IMG/VR virus record: IMGVR_UViG_3300027801_000025
Span: 1 to 57,616 of that record
Strand: one strand, 5' to 3'
Origin: a virus
Lineage: Duplodnaviria; Caudoviricetes
Length of the DNA: 57,616 nt
This document shows, in pieces, positions 26,244 to 36,900 of this stretch. The translations under genes were made by a program, and so were the position numbers. Position 1 is the stretch's first letter. Each line of letters begins with the position of its first letter. The notes beneath the pieces are model-generated. The model was given only the letters and a program-made list of their open reading frames with translations, did no database searches and was not told the DNA's origin.

Positions 26244-28673
26244 ATGGCTGAGTCAGTTGTAAAAAGTTATTTTCCAAGTCAAGTCGCAAGTGACTCTGAG
26301 AAGATGGGCACCGAGTACGGGCTCAAAGTTGCTAAAGCGATAGAGAGCGAGTGGTTTAAACGCGACTCTGGTACAAATAGGTTTTACGGAAATCAAACAG
26401 AATTTCATAAATTACGTTTATACGCTCGTGGTGAGCAGTCTATACAGAAATACAAAGATGAGTTGTCCATAAATGGTGACTTGTCTTATCTTAATTTAGA
26501 CTGGAAACCAGTACCTATAATACCTAAGTTTGTGGATATAGTAGTAAATGGTATATCAGAAAGAGTATTTGATATAAAAGCTTACTCACAAGATCCTTAC
26601 GGTATAAGTAAAAGAACAGCTTACATGGAATCTTTATTAAGAGACATGGAAACTGAAGATCTTGCTGAATTTGCACAAACAGCATTTGGTGTAGATATTA
26701 GAGAGAATAAAAAAGAAGAACTACCTGATTCTGTAGAAGAGTTAGAACTACACATGCAGTTAAGTTATAAACAAGCTGTTGAGTTAGCAGAAGAGCAAGC
26801 TATAAATACTGTGTTAAACGGTAATAATTATGATTTAATAAGAAGAAGAGTTAATTATGATTTAGTAACCTTAGGTATAGGTGCATCGAAAACTACGTTC
26901 TCTAAATCAGAAGGTATTAAAATTGACTACGTAGATCCTGCTAATTTAGTTTACTCTTACACAGACTCTCCTTACTTTGAAGATGTGTACTATGTTGGTG
27001 AAGTTAAAAATGTAACTGTAAATGAGTTAAAGAAACAATTTCCTAATTTAGAAGAAAAAGATTTAATGGATATTATTGGCCAAGGTTTTCAAAACTCTGG
27101 TTTTTATAATAGAAGTTTAACAGAAGCTAATCAAGTAGATAAAAATCAAGTACAAGTTCTTTATTTTAATTATAAGACTTATGCTAATGAAGTTTATAAA
27201 GTAAAAGAAACTGCAACTGGAGCTAGTAAAATAATAGTTAAAGACGATAGTTTCAACCCATTAATGGAAATAGCCATGGAAATGAAGTATGGTAAAGTTT
27301 CTAGATCTATAGAAGTTTTATACGAAGGAGCTATTATACTAGGTACTAAAAAGCTACTTAAATGGGAGTTAGCTAAAAACATGATGAGACCTAAGAGTGA
27401 TTATACTAAAGTTAAAATGAACTATAGTATGGTTGCGCCTAGAATGTACAAAGGTAGAATAGAATCTTTAGTAAGCAGAATAACAGGCTTTGCTGATATG
27501 ATTCAACTTACACACCTTAAGCTACAACAGGTTATGTCTAGATTAGTACCAGATGGTATATATTTAGATGCTGATGGTTTAGCTGAGATAGACTTAGGTA
27601 ACGGAACTAACTATAACCCACAAGAAGCATTAAACATGTTCTTTCAAACTGGTTCGATAATTGGTAGATCAATGACTAGTGATGGAGATAATAATCCAGG
27701 TAAGGTTCCTATACAAGAAATATCTAGTGGAAGTGGTGGTCAAAAAATGCAATCACTTATAGGTACTTATAATTATTACCTACAAATGATAAGAGATGTA
27801 ACGGGTTTAAACGAAGCTACAGATGCATCTTCACCTTCTAAAGATGCTTTAGTTGGTGTTCAAAAAATAGCGGCAGCTAATTCAAACACAGCTACTAGAC
27901 ATATACTACAAAGTAGTTTGTTCTTAAGCTCTGAAGTAGCTGAATTAATAAGTTTAAGAATATCAGATGTTTTAGAATACTCTCCGACTAAAGATGCTTT
28001 TATACAAAGTATCGGTACACACAATGTAGCTACATTAGAAGAAATGAGCAATCTACATTTATATGATTTTGGTATATTTATAGAACTTGCGCCTGATGAT
28101 GAAGAAAAACAAATGCTGGAGAACAATATACAAATGGCTTTACAGCAGCAAAGTATAGATCTTGAAGATGCGATAGATCTTAGGGATATAAAAAATATCA
28201 AACTAGCTAATCAACTTCTCAAAATACGTAGAAAGAAAAAGCAAGTTAAAGATATGGAGATGCAACAGCAGAACATACAAGCACAGGCACAAGCTAATTC
28301 ACAAACGCAACAAGCAGCTGCTCAAGCAGAGGTACAAAAACAACAAGCTTTAACTAATCAAAAAATGGAGTTAATGAAAATGGAATCAGAGTTTGATTCT
28401 AAAAAACTTCAACAAGAGGCTTTACTTAAGAAAGAACTTATGAATCATGAGTTTATGATTAACCAAGAGCTTAAGAAAATGGACTTACAATCCATTGAAA
28501 CTAAAGATAAATACAAAGAAGATCGTAAAGACGATAGAACAAAAATACAAGCCTCACAACAAAGTGAGTTAATAGACCAAAGAAATAACAAAAAACCACC
28601 TAAAAACTTTGAGTCTTCAAGTAATGATATACTTGGTGGTGGATTTGGATTGAATTCATTTGATCCAAGATAA
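26244..28673 (+). CDS. Portal protein
   Basis: 809 aa directly after TerL; PIIPKFVDIVVNG; Q-rich C-terminal coiled coil (crAss-like/podovirus portal). Confidence 0.85.
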   Translation: MAESVVKSYFPSQVASDSEKMGTEYGLKVAKAIESEWFKRDSGTNRFYGNQTEFHKLRLYARGEQSIQKYKDELSINGDLSYLNLDWKPVPIIPKFVDIVVNGISERVFDIKAYSQDPYGISKRTAYMESLLRDMETEDLAEFAQTAFGVDIRENKKEELPDSVEELELHMQLSYKQAVELAEEQAINTVLNGNNYDLIRRRVNYDLVTLGIGASKTTFSKSEGIKIDYVDPANLVYSYTDSPYFEDVYYVGEVKNVTVNELKKQFPNLEEKDLMDIIGQGFQNSGFYNRSLTEANQVDKNQVQVLYFNYKTYANEVYKVKETATGASKIIVKDDSFNPLMEIAMEMKYGKVSRSIEVLYEGAIILGTKKLLKWELAKNMMRPKSDYTKVKMNYSMVAPRMYKGRIESLVSRITGFADMIQLTHLKLQQVMSRLVPDGIYLDADGLAEIDLGNGTNYNPQEALNMFFQTGSIIGRSMTSDGDNNPGKVPIQEISSGSGGQKMQSLIGTYNYYLQMIRDVTGLNEATDASSPSKDALVGVQKIAAANSNTATRHILQSSLFLSSEVAELISLRISDVLEYSPTKDAFIQSIGTHNVATLEEMSNLHLYDFGIFIELAPDDEEKQMLENNIQMALQQQSIDLEDAIDLRDIKNIKLANQLLKIRRKKKQVKDMEMQQQNIQAQAQANSQTQQAAAQAEVQKQQALTNQKMELMKMESEFDSKKLQQEALLKKELMNHEFMINQELKKMDLQSIETKDKYKEDRKDDRTKIQASQQSELIDQRNNKKPPKNFESSSNDILGGGFGLNSFDPR

Positions 28674-28698
28674 TTTTTTAATTTTATAATATTATATT

Positions 28699-29877
28699 AT
28701 GGCTGAAAATCAAGAAAATGATGTTCAAGAAGAAGTTGTAGAAGCAACTAACGTTGAACAAGACTTAGTAGATCAACAAGAAGTTGAACCTAAGGTAGAA
28801 GCAGAAGTAACTGCTCCAAAAAACGAAGTTCTAGAAGATGGTACTGTTAAGTTAGATTTGACAAGCGTAGAGGAGAAAGCTCCAACTAGCGCTACAAATG
28901 AATTTAAAACACCAGAAACTGTAGCTGAAGTACCTCAAGAACAACCGGTTGAAGAACAACCTGTATTAGAGGAAATTACTGAAGAAGAGGTTGTCGAACA
29001 AACTCAAGAACTACAGGAAGACATTGTCGATGCAATACAAGAACAGAAAGAGTCTGGTGTTGAGTTACCAGAGAATATACAAAAGGTTGTGGATTTCATC
29101 AGTGATACTGGTGGTAGTTTAGAAGACTATGTTAAGTTAAATCAAGACTACTCTAAATATGAAGACGATACTTTACTTAGAGAGTTCTACGCACAAACAA
29201 AACCTCATTTAAACAGAGATGAAATTGACTTCTTAATGGAAGATAATTTTAAATATGACGAAGAATCTGATGAGGAAAGAGATATAAAAAGAAAAAAATT
29301 AGCATTAAAGGAGCAAGTTGCAAATGCTAAAAGCCACCTAGACGGGCAAAAGTCTAAATACTATGAAGAGATCAAAGCTGGAAGCAGGCTAGCGCCTGAA
29401 CAAAAGAAAGCAATTGATTTTTTCGATCGTTATGAAAAAGAAGCAAAAGATAACGAGAAGCACCAATCTATATTCTTAAAGAAAACTGAAAATGTTTTTA
29501 CTGAAAATTTCAAAGGTTTTGATTACAAAGTAGGTGAAAAGAAATATAGATTTAATGTAAAGGATGCTGAAAAGATTAAGAACACCCAAAGCGACATCAA
29601 CAATTTCACCAAGAAGTTCTTGAATGAAAAAAACGAAATGTCAGATGCAACGGGTTATCACAAGTCTTTATTTACAGCAATGAATCCTGATCTGGTTGCT
29701 AATCACTTTTACGAACAAGGCAAAGCTGACGCTATCAAGGATAGTGTTGCAAGATCCAAAAACATTGACATGGCACCTCGTGGTACTCACGAAAAAGTTG
29801 CTAATGCTAGTGGTTTTCAAGTAAAAGCTATATCTGGAGAATCTTCTAATGACTTTAAAATAAAACTTAGAAAATAA
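28699..29877 (+). CDS. Putative capsid scaffolding protein
   Basis: Very acidic N-terminal half and helical C-terminal half; lies between portal and MCP. Confidence 0.6.
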   Translation: MAENQENDVQEEVVEATNVEQDLVDQQEVEPKVEAEVTAPKNEVLEDGTVKLDLTSVEEKAPTSATNEFKTPETVAEVPQEQPVEEQPVLEEITEEEVVEQTQELQEDIVDAIQEQKESGVELPENIQKVVDFISDTGGSLEDYVKLNQDYSKYEDDTLLREFYAQTKPHLNRDEIDFLMEDNFKYDEESDEERDIKRKKLALKEQVANAKSHLDGQKSKYYEEIKAGSRLAPEQKKAIDFFDRYEKEAKDNEKHQSIFLKKTENVFTENFKGFDYKVGEKKYRFNVKDAEKIKNTQSDINNFTKKFLNEKNEMSDATGYHKSLFTAMNPDLVANHFYEQGKADAIKDSVARSKNIDMAPRGTHEKVANASGFQVKAISGESSNDFKIKLRK

Positions 29878-29900
29878 TCATTTAAAAAAAATTAAAAATT

Positions 29901-31370
29901 ATGGCTTTTAATTCAACAGGTGCTGCATTAGCACACCTAACGCCAAGACCAGACAAATCTTTGTTTGCTGGCAATTACCTGTCTATCACAGGAAACGATT
30001 TCAATTTCACAAAACAATTCTTACCAGAAGTTTATGAAAAAGAAGTTGAAAGATACGGAAATAGAACTGTAGGAGGTTTCTTACGTATGGTAGGAGCAGA
30101 AATGCCTATGGCATCTGACCAAGTAGTTTGGGCAGAGCAAGGTAGAATTCACGTAGCATTTGACGATTGTTCATTAGCTGCAGGTGGTGACGCTGCTTTA
30201 AACAAAATTACATTTTCAAGTACTGCTAACGCTGCTTACATTAACATTGGAGACACTGTTGTAATAAGCAAAGGTGGTAAAACTGCTAAATGTTATGTTA
30301 CTGCTAAACCATCTACAACTACTATTACAGCTGTACCTTACAAAGCTACTGCTTTAAACGGTGCTGCTGCTGGAGCTTTCAGTAACAGTGGTGCAACAAC
30401 AGCATTAAGTTTGTTTGTATACGGTTCTGAATATGGAAAAGGATCTATAAACGTTGGTAATACTTTAAATGCTCAAAGTGAGTACTTTAATAACTCACCA
30501 ATAATTATAAGAGACAAATATTCTGTAAACGGATCTGACACTGCTCAAATTGGGTGGGTCGAAGTTACAACTGAAGTTGGAACATCTGGATACTTATGGT
30601 ACTTAAAATCTGAGCACGAAGCTAGATTAAGATTCGAAGATCAATTAGAAATGACTATGATTGAAGCTGAAAAAGCTGCACATTCATTCTCTGCTGATCC
30701 AGGAGTTGGATCTAACTCTTTCACTGTTAAAGGTACTGAAGGTATGTTTGCTGCAATCGAATCAAGAGGATTAGTTTACTCTGATGCTGATTTCGGTGGC
30801 GCAGCTGCTGATGACGGTTTAGCTGATTTTGACCTTATCTTACAAGAACTAGACAAGCAAGGTGCTATCGAAGAAAACATGATGTTCCTTAATAGAGGAG
30901 TATCTCTTGCTATCGATAACATGTTAGCTGCTCAAAATTCTTACGGAGCTGGAGGTACATCTTACGGTGTATTTGACAACTCTGAAGATATGGCGCTTAA
31001 CCTAGGATTCTCAGGATTTAGAAGAGGTTCTTACGATTTTTACAAGACTGATTGGAAATACCTTAACGACTCTACAACTAGAGGTTTAGTTAAAGATATT
31101 GAAGGAGTTATTGTTCCTGCTGGAACTTCAACTGTTTACGATCAACAACTTGGTAAAAACATTGCAAGACCATTCTTACACATTAGATACAGAGCTTCTG
31201 AAGCTGATGATAGAAGAATGAAATCTTGGATTACTGGTTCAGTTGGTGGAAACTTTACTTCTGATGAAGACGCGATGAACGTTCATTTCTTATCTGAGAG
31301 ATGTTTATGTGTTCAAGGAGCAAACAACTTTGTTCTACTTAAGTCTGCTGATGGTGTAATTGGTGACTAA
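29901..31370 (+). CDS. Major capsid protein
   Basis: 489 aa; position; strongly biased codon usage; followed by a terminator. Confidence 0.85.
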   Translation: MAFNSTGAALAHLTPRPDKSLFAGNYLSITGNDFNFTKQFLPEVYEKEVERYGNRTVGGFLRMVGAEMPMASDQVVWAEQGRIHVAFDDCSLAAGGDAALNKITFSSTANAAYINIGDTVVISKGGKTAKCYVTAKPSTTTITAVPYKATALNGAAAGAFSNSGATTALSLFVYGSEYGKGSINVGNTLNAQSEYFNNSPIIIRDKYSVNGSDTAQIGWVEVTTEVGTSGYLWYLKSEHEARLRFEDQLEMTMIEAEKAAHSFSADPGVGSNSFTVKGTEGMFAAIESRGLVYSDADFGGAAADDGLADFDLILQELDKQGAIEENMMFLNRGVSLAIDNMLAAQNSYGAGGTSYGVFDNSEDMALNLGFSGFRRGSYDFYKTDWKYLNDSTTRGLVKDIEGVIVPAGTSTVYDQQLGKNIARPFLHIRYRASEADDRRMKSWITGSVGGNFTSDEDAMNVHFLSERCLCVQGANNFVLLKSADGVIGD

Positions 31371-31393
31371 TTACTATTAACCTAATGTAATTT

Positions 31394-31431
31394 TTACCCT
31401 CGTTGTATAGACGGGGGTAATTATTACTTTT
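31394..31431 (+). terminator. Rho-independent terminator after MCP
   Basis: ttaccctcgt-tgtatag-acgggggtaa hairpin followed by a T-rich tract. Confidence 0.7.
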
Positions 31432-31449
31432 ATTAAATTATATTATATT

Positions 31450-32217
31450 ATGAAAACAAAAAATGAAGTATCCAAGGCACAGTCTTGGGAAGTTAAAGAT
31501 AGGATATATCACTTAATGGGTGATGGAAATCCTTTATTGTATGTTATACCTAGTAGACATACACGTAGAAAACCTTTGTTATATTTTGACGAAGCAACTG
31601 GAGTGCAAGAAGAAATAAAGTACGCTACAAACCAAACCTCACCATTAGTTGCTGGGCAAAAGGGAGAAGCTACATTAGGCCACATTGCATTTAGAAATGG
31701 AACAATAGTAGTTCCTAAAAGAAAACAAAATCTACAAAAATTATTAAGCCTATACCACCCTCTAAAAAATATCATATACAAAGAGCATGATGAAGTAAAA
31801 AATGCTAGTATAGATTTAGAATATATGGAAGCAGAAGTTGATGCTTTAGTTGCCGCGAAGCAAATAGAGATTGATTTAGCGGAAGCTATATTAAGAGTTG
31901 AAGTAGGTAGTGCAGTAAGTAAGATGTCATCTAAAGAAGTTAGAAGAGATGTTATGCTTATGGCACGTCAAAACCCATATTTATTCTTAGAGCTTTTAGC
32001 TGATGACTCTGTACCACTAAGAGACTTAGGTGTTAAAGCGGTAGAAGCAAGTATAATTTCATTATCTCCTGACAACAGAGTATTTAGCTGGGCGAGTAAC
32101 GGTAGAAAGCTATTCTCAGTACCTTTTGAAGAACATCCTTATTCAGCTTTAGCCTCTTGGTTTAAAACTGATGAAGGTATGGAAGTTTTGATAACAATAC
32201 AAAAGAAACTTAAATAG
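31450..32217 (+). CDS. Hypothetical virion-associated protein, 255 aa
   Basis: ORF track; downstream of MCP. Confidence 0.7.
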   Translation: MKTKNEVSKAQSWEVKDRIYHLMGDGNPLLYVIPSRHTRRKPLLYFDEATGVQEEIKYATNQTSPLVAGQKGEATLGHIAFRNGTIVVPKRKQNLQKLLSLYHPLKNIIYKEHDEVKNASIDLEYMEAEVDALVAAKQIEIDLAEAILRVEVGSAVSKMSSKEVRRDVMLMARQNPYLFLELLADDSVPLRDLGVKAVEASIISLSPDNRVFSWASNGRKLFSVPFEEHPYSALASWFKTDEGMEVLITIQKKLK

Positions 32218-32226
32218 TACCCATTG

Positions 32227-32257
32227 TAGTGAAGCCACTGTAATGGTGGCTTTATTA
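32227..32257 (+). terminator. Intergenic hairpin, probable terminator
   Basis: aagccact-gtaat-ggtggctt followed by tatta. Confidence 0.55.
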
Positions 32258-32273
32258 TAAAAAACAAATAAAC

Positions 32274-33008
32274 ATGGCAGTAAGTATAGACACAGTATAT
32301 CAAAGAGTTTTAGCTATAGCTAATAAAGAACAAAGAGGTTATGTAACACCTCAAGAGTTTAATATATTAGCCAACCAAGCTCAGATGAGTATATTTGAAC
32401 AATATTTTTATGACCTGAGTCAGTTCGAAGAGGTGATGCAGAGAAAAAATGATACTACTTATGCTGATATGCTAGATATTATAAATGAAAAGATAGATAT
32501 ATTTGAAAAATATAGACAGACAGTAACAGTGTCTGGATCTGGAGTAGGCATACTACCAGACCATTACAGAATGGGTGAATTATATACAAACAAATGTGGT
32601 TATGATGCTGAAATTGAAAAGATAAATCAGAATAACATACATCATATATTAAACTCACCATTAACTAATCCGACAGAAACTTATCCAGTTTATGTTAGAA
32701 ATTCAGGTTCTACAGAATCACATAGACATAATAGAATACAGATATACCCAATCACAATAACAAGTGGTGACAACGTAGTTTGTAACTACATAGCAAAACC
32801 AGCTACAGTTTCTTGGGGTTATACTATTGTTAATGAAAAAGCTTTATACAATAGTGGATCAACAATTAATTTTGAGCTACACCCTGCTGAAGAAAAAAAC
32901 CTGGTGATTAAGATACTAGAATTATCTGGTATAATACTTAAAGATCCAAACTTATATCAAACAGCTGCTACAGAAGAGTCTCAACAGATAACACAAGAAA
33001 AACAATAA
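32274..33008 (+). CDS. Tail ring / head-tail adaptor protein
   Basis: NKEQRGYVTPQEFN N-terminus; position as in crAss-like tail ring genes. Confidence 0.6.
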   Translation: MAVSIDTVYQRVLAIANKEQRGYVTPQEFNILANQAQMSIFEQYFYDLSQFEEVMQRKNDTTYADMLDIINEKIDIFEKYRQTVTVSGSGVGILPDHYRMGELYTNKCGYDAEIEKINQNNIHHILNSPLTNPTETYPVYVRNSGSTESHRHNRIQIYPITITSGDNVVCNYIAKPATVSWGYTIVNEKALYNSGSTINFELHPAEEKNLVIKILELSGIILKDPNLYQTAATEESQQITQEKQ

Positions 33009-33011
33009 TAG

Positions 33012-33911
33012 ATGGCATTACTAACAGGAACAAATTCGACTTATTACCAAGGTGCTGATGGTACTTTTAATAACGGTGATGAGAATTATGGTAACTACCA
33101 GTTTATAACTTTAAAAGATATTGTAGGAAACTTCTTGATTAGTTATGTTGGAGAAGGTAAAATAATACCTAGAGTAAGAAGACAAGATGTTTTGTTTCAT
33201 GCTCAAAGAGCAATACAAGAATTAAGTTATGATACTTTTAAATCAACTAAATCACAAGAGGTTGAAGTTCACCCATCTCTTACTTTGCCTTTGCCTCATG
33301 ATTACGTTAACTATGTTAAAGTAACACACAAAGATGATGCAGGTTTAGAGCATGTTATATATCCTGCTAGAAAAACAAGTAATCCAACAGCTTTACTACA
33401 AGATGGAACTTTTGCTTACACTTATGATAGTGATGGAAAATTACAAACAGCAAGTGACTCAGATACTTGGGCGTCATTCAGTAGCAACTCTACGTCAACG
33501 TCTCAAAACTCTGATCAAAACCTATACGAGTATCATACTGATACAGGTAAAAGATTTGGTTTAAACCCTGAAAATGCTCAATCAAATGGAGTATTTTTTA
33601 TAGATGAAGTTAAGGGTAGAATACATTTTAGCTCTGATCTTTGTAATAAGACTATAACATTAAAATACATTAGTGATAGTCTAGGATTAGATGGAGAAAG
33701 AATAGTTCATAAGTTTGCTGAAGAGGCAATGTACAAATGGATAGCTCACGCTATACTATCTACTAGAGAAAACATACAAGAATATATAGTACAGAGATTT
33801 AAAAAAGAAAGATTCGCTGCAGTTAGACAAGCTAAATTAAGATTATCAAATATAAAGATAGAAGAACTTACTCAAGTTATGAGAGGTAAATCTAAACAAA
33901 TAAAACACTAA
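33012..33911 (+). CDS. Tail ring / tubular protein
   Basis: LPLPHDYVNYVKV and ITLKYISD motifs; position. Confidence 0.6.
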   Translation: MALLTGTNSTYYQGADGTFNNGDENYGNYQFITLKDIVGNFLISYVGEGKIIPRVRRQDVLFHAQRAIQELSYDTFKSTKSQEVEVHPSLTLPLPHDYVNYVKVTHKDDAGLEHVIYPARKTSNPTALLQDGTFAYTYDSDGKLQTASDSDTWASFSSNSTSTSQNSDQNLYEYHTDTGKRFGLNPENAQSNGVFFIDEVKGRIHFSSDLCNKTITLKYISDSLGLDGERIVHKFAEEAMYKWIAHAILSTRENIQEYIVQRFKKERFAAVRQAKLRLSNIKIEELTQVMRGKSKQIKH

Positions 33912-33914
33912 AGC

Positions 33915-36900
33915 ATGCCAGAAATAAAACGAGATTTTCGTGCGGGTCGAATGAACAAAGACCTAGACGAAAGGTTAGTTCCTAGTGGTGAATATAGAGA
34001 CGCTTTAAATATACAAGTAGCTAGTTCAGAAGGAGATGACGTTGGATCTATTCAAAATGTTCTTGGAAACAAATTAGCTTACCCGTCTCTTATAAATATA
34101 GCTGGAGGTAAATGTATAGGGTCATGTAGAGACTCTGCTAACGATAAGATATATTGGTTTATAGCTGGTACATCTGTTGACGTAATAGCAGAATATGATC
34201 AATACACAAAAACAGTATCACCAGTATTAGTAGATACTAGCAACGTTTTAGATTTAAACGCAAGCAACTTAATAACAGGTGTCAATATAATTGAAGGCTT
34301 GTTATTCTTCACAGACAACAGATCTGAACCTAAGACTGTTGATATAAAAAAATTTAAAGCTGGGTCTTCAAACTACACTACACACACTTTATTAACAACA
34401 GCACACTCAACAGCAACTTATAACTTTACATTAGATGATGTAACTGTTATAAAGAAATCACCAATCGAGGCGCCAACGATAGCTATGTCAGCATCCGTTA
34501 GAGGCGGTATAGTCGAGAGTGTATGTATAGCAAAAAGTTTTGTTGATGGTAGCGGAGATGCTTTAGCACCAGGAGCTCATCCTGATTCTAATAGTAACTT
34601 TACTTTTCAACACAACATGAACTTGTTAGTGGGTGATAGATTAAAGTTTACAATACTAGATGAAACCGAAGACGATGAAGTTATAGCTACGGTTATAGAT
34701 ATACTTTCTTTTTCGCCAAATAGCTTTAAGTTAAACTTAGATTCTGTATCTGATGGTATAGTTACTGGTACTCAAGACTGGAGAGTTATATTAATGGAAG
34801 ACAAATCCTTGTTTGAGTTTAAGTTTCCTAGATTTGCGTATAGATACAAGTACGATGATGGTCAATATTCTGCTATTGGTCCGTTTAGTCAAGTGGCTTT
34901 TTTGCCAGATGAGTTTGATTATAATCCTAAAAAAGGTTTTAATAAAGGTATGGTTAATACTTTAAAAAAGTTAACCGTATCTAATTTTATAACTAGTTAC
35001 ATACCTAAAGATGTAGTTGAGCTTGATGTATTATACAAGGAAGACGGTAGTACTAATATATACACGGTAAAAAGTTTAAAAGGTAAACCAGAGAATCAAG
35101 ACGAAGAGTGGACTAACAACTCTATGTTAATAGAGTCTGAAATAATATACAAAATACTACCATCTAATCAACTACTTAGACCTTGGGATAACGTTCCTAA
35201 AAAAGCTAAAGCTCAAGAGTTTACAGCTAATAGATTGCTTTATGGTAATTATACACAGCAATATGACATTAAAGATGTAAATAACGCAGAGATAACTCCA
35301 AAGTTTAGTGTGTCAATAATACAGTCAAGTGATTCTACTTATGGTGTTAGAACTCCAGGTAAGTCTATAAAATCTATGAGAACATACCAATTAGGTGTTG
35401 TTTATAGAGACGAATTTGGTAGAGAAACACCTGTGTTAACTGATACCACTGGTTCAATACAGCTACCTAAGTCGCAGGCTGTTAATTGGAATGTTCTACA
35501 AGTAAAACTTCTTAGTAACCCTCCGTCTTGGGCAACACATTATAAATACTTTTTAAAAGAAACATCTGCTGAGTACTACAATTTAGCTATGGATAGACAC
35601 TATCCAGCTGAAGATGGTAATGTTTGGTTAGCTTTTCCGTCCGCAGAAAGGAATAAAGTTACAGACGAAACTTTCTTGATACTTAAAAAGAGACACGACA
35701 GCGATGCTTTTGTGGAAGATGAAGCTAGATATAAAATAATAGCAATAGAGAACGATGCACCTGATTTCTTAACAATATCAAAAGTGTCTAAAGGTATAGC
35801 TACAGCAGATACTAATGGTAATTTATTTATAGATGGTGGTTACCCAGAGAAAGGTACTGCACAAATAAGAATACCTAGAAGCTTATGGAAACCTCATTTT
35901 GGTGGGACAACAGGTAGTAGTGATGACGTAGACTTATCAACAGCATCGATACATACTTTATCAGATTTAATGGTTAGAGTAAAAAAAGGTAACAACGTTA
36001 CTAAGTATTATGATATAGCTAATATAATATATGAGCCAACCTCAACAGGTTTAGAATTTGTTAATACAACTACAGATTGCCCAGATAATAAATACTGGCA
36101 AATCAATATAGAAAAAACATTTGACGAGTCAGATGTTAATTGGCTAGGAACTGTTGGAGATGGTAACACAATACAAAGCGTTTCAATGACTGTTGAAATT
36201 GCTCAGAAAGTAAGAAAACTAAAACCAGAATTTCAAGGTAGATTTTTTGCTAAAATATACAGAGACTCTTCATTAGAACAAAACATACTACAGTTTAATA
36301 ACATTGATGAAATGAAGGTAGTTGCTCAGAATAACTTCTGGCAAGTTGGTAATGATGCTGGTACATCTTTAGGTTACAACACTGGTGGTGGTCAAAATCA
36401 AAGGTATAACTATTGGAGAAACAAAGATAAAGGAACTGGAACAGATCACACAGCTAACTGGTTTATACCTAGGTTTAAGAAATTTAATTGGTGGAAAGAT
36501 CTAGGTGGAGAAGGAGATGTTCAAGTTAATAGAGGCTTAGGAGAAGTGTCTGACTCAGTTGTAGTTAATACTCAAGCTTACGGAATAAGACAAGGTGAAG
36601 ATGTTGTTGAAATAGCGTTTCATAATTTTGGTAAGAAAGGTAAAAACACTTCCAACGGGCAAGATGATGTTGTTTGGGGTGAGTGGATTAAATTTGGCAA
36701 CACGGTTGCTGGTGAACATAAGGATTTTGTTAACGCACTACAAACAATAGGTAACTATATTAAGTTTTCAGGTGATCCTGACGAAACCGCTTATGAAATA
36801 AAAGGATATAGAAGAGGTGGTGCTGTCATGTATAAAGGTAGAAAAAGTGGTGGTGGTGGAAGAACTGGTACGTTTGCATCTTCAAGAGTTGTGATATTTA

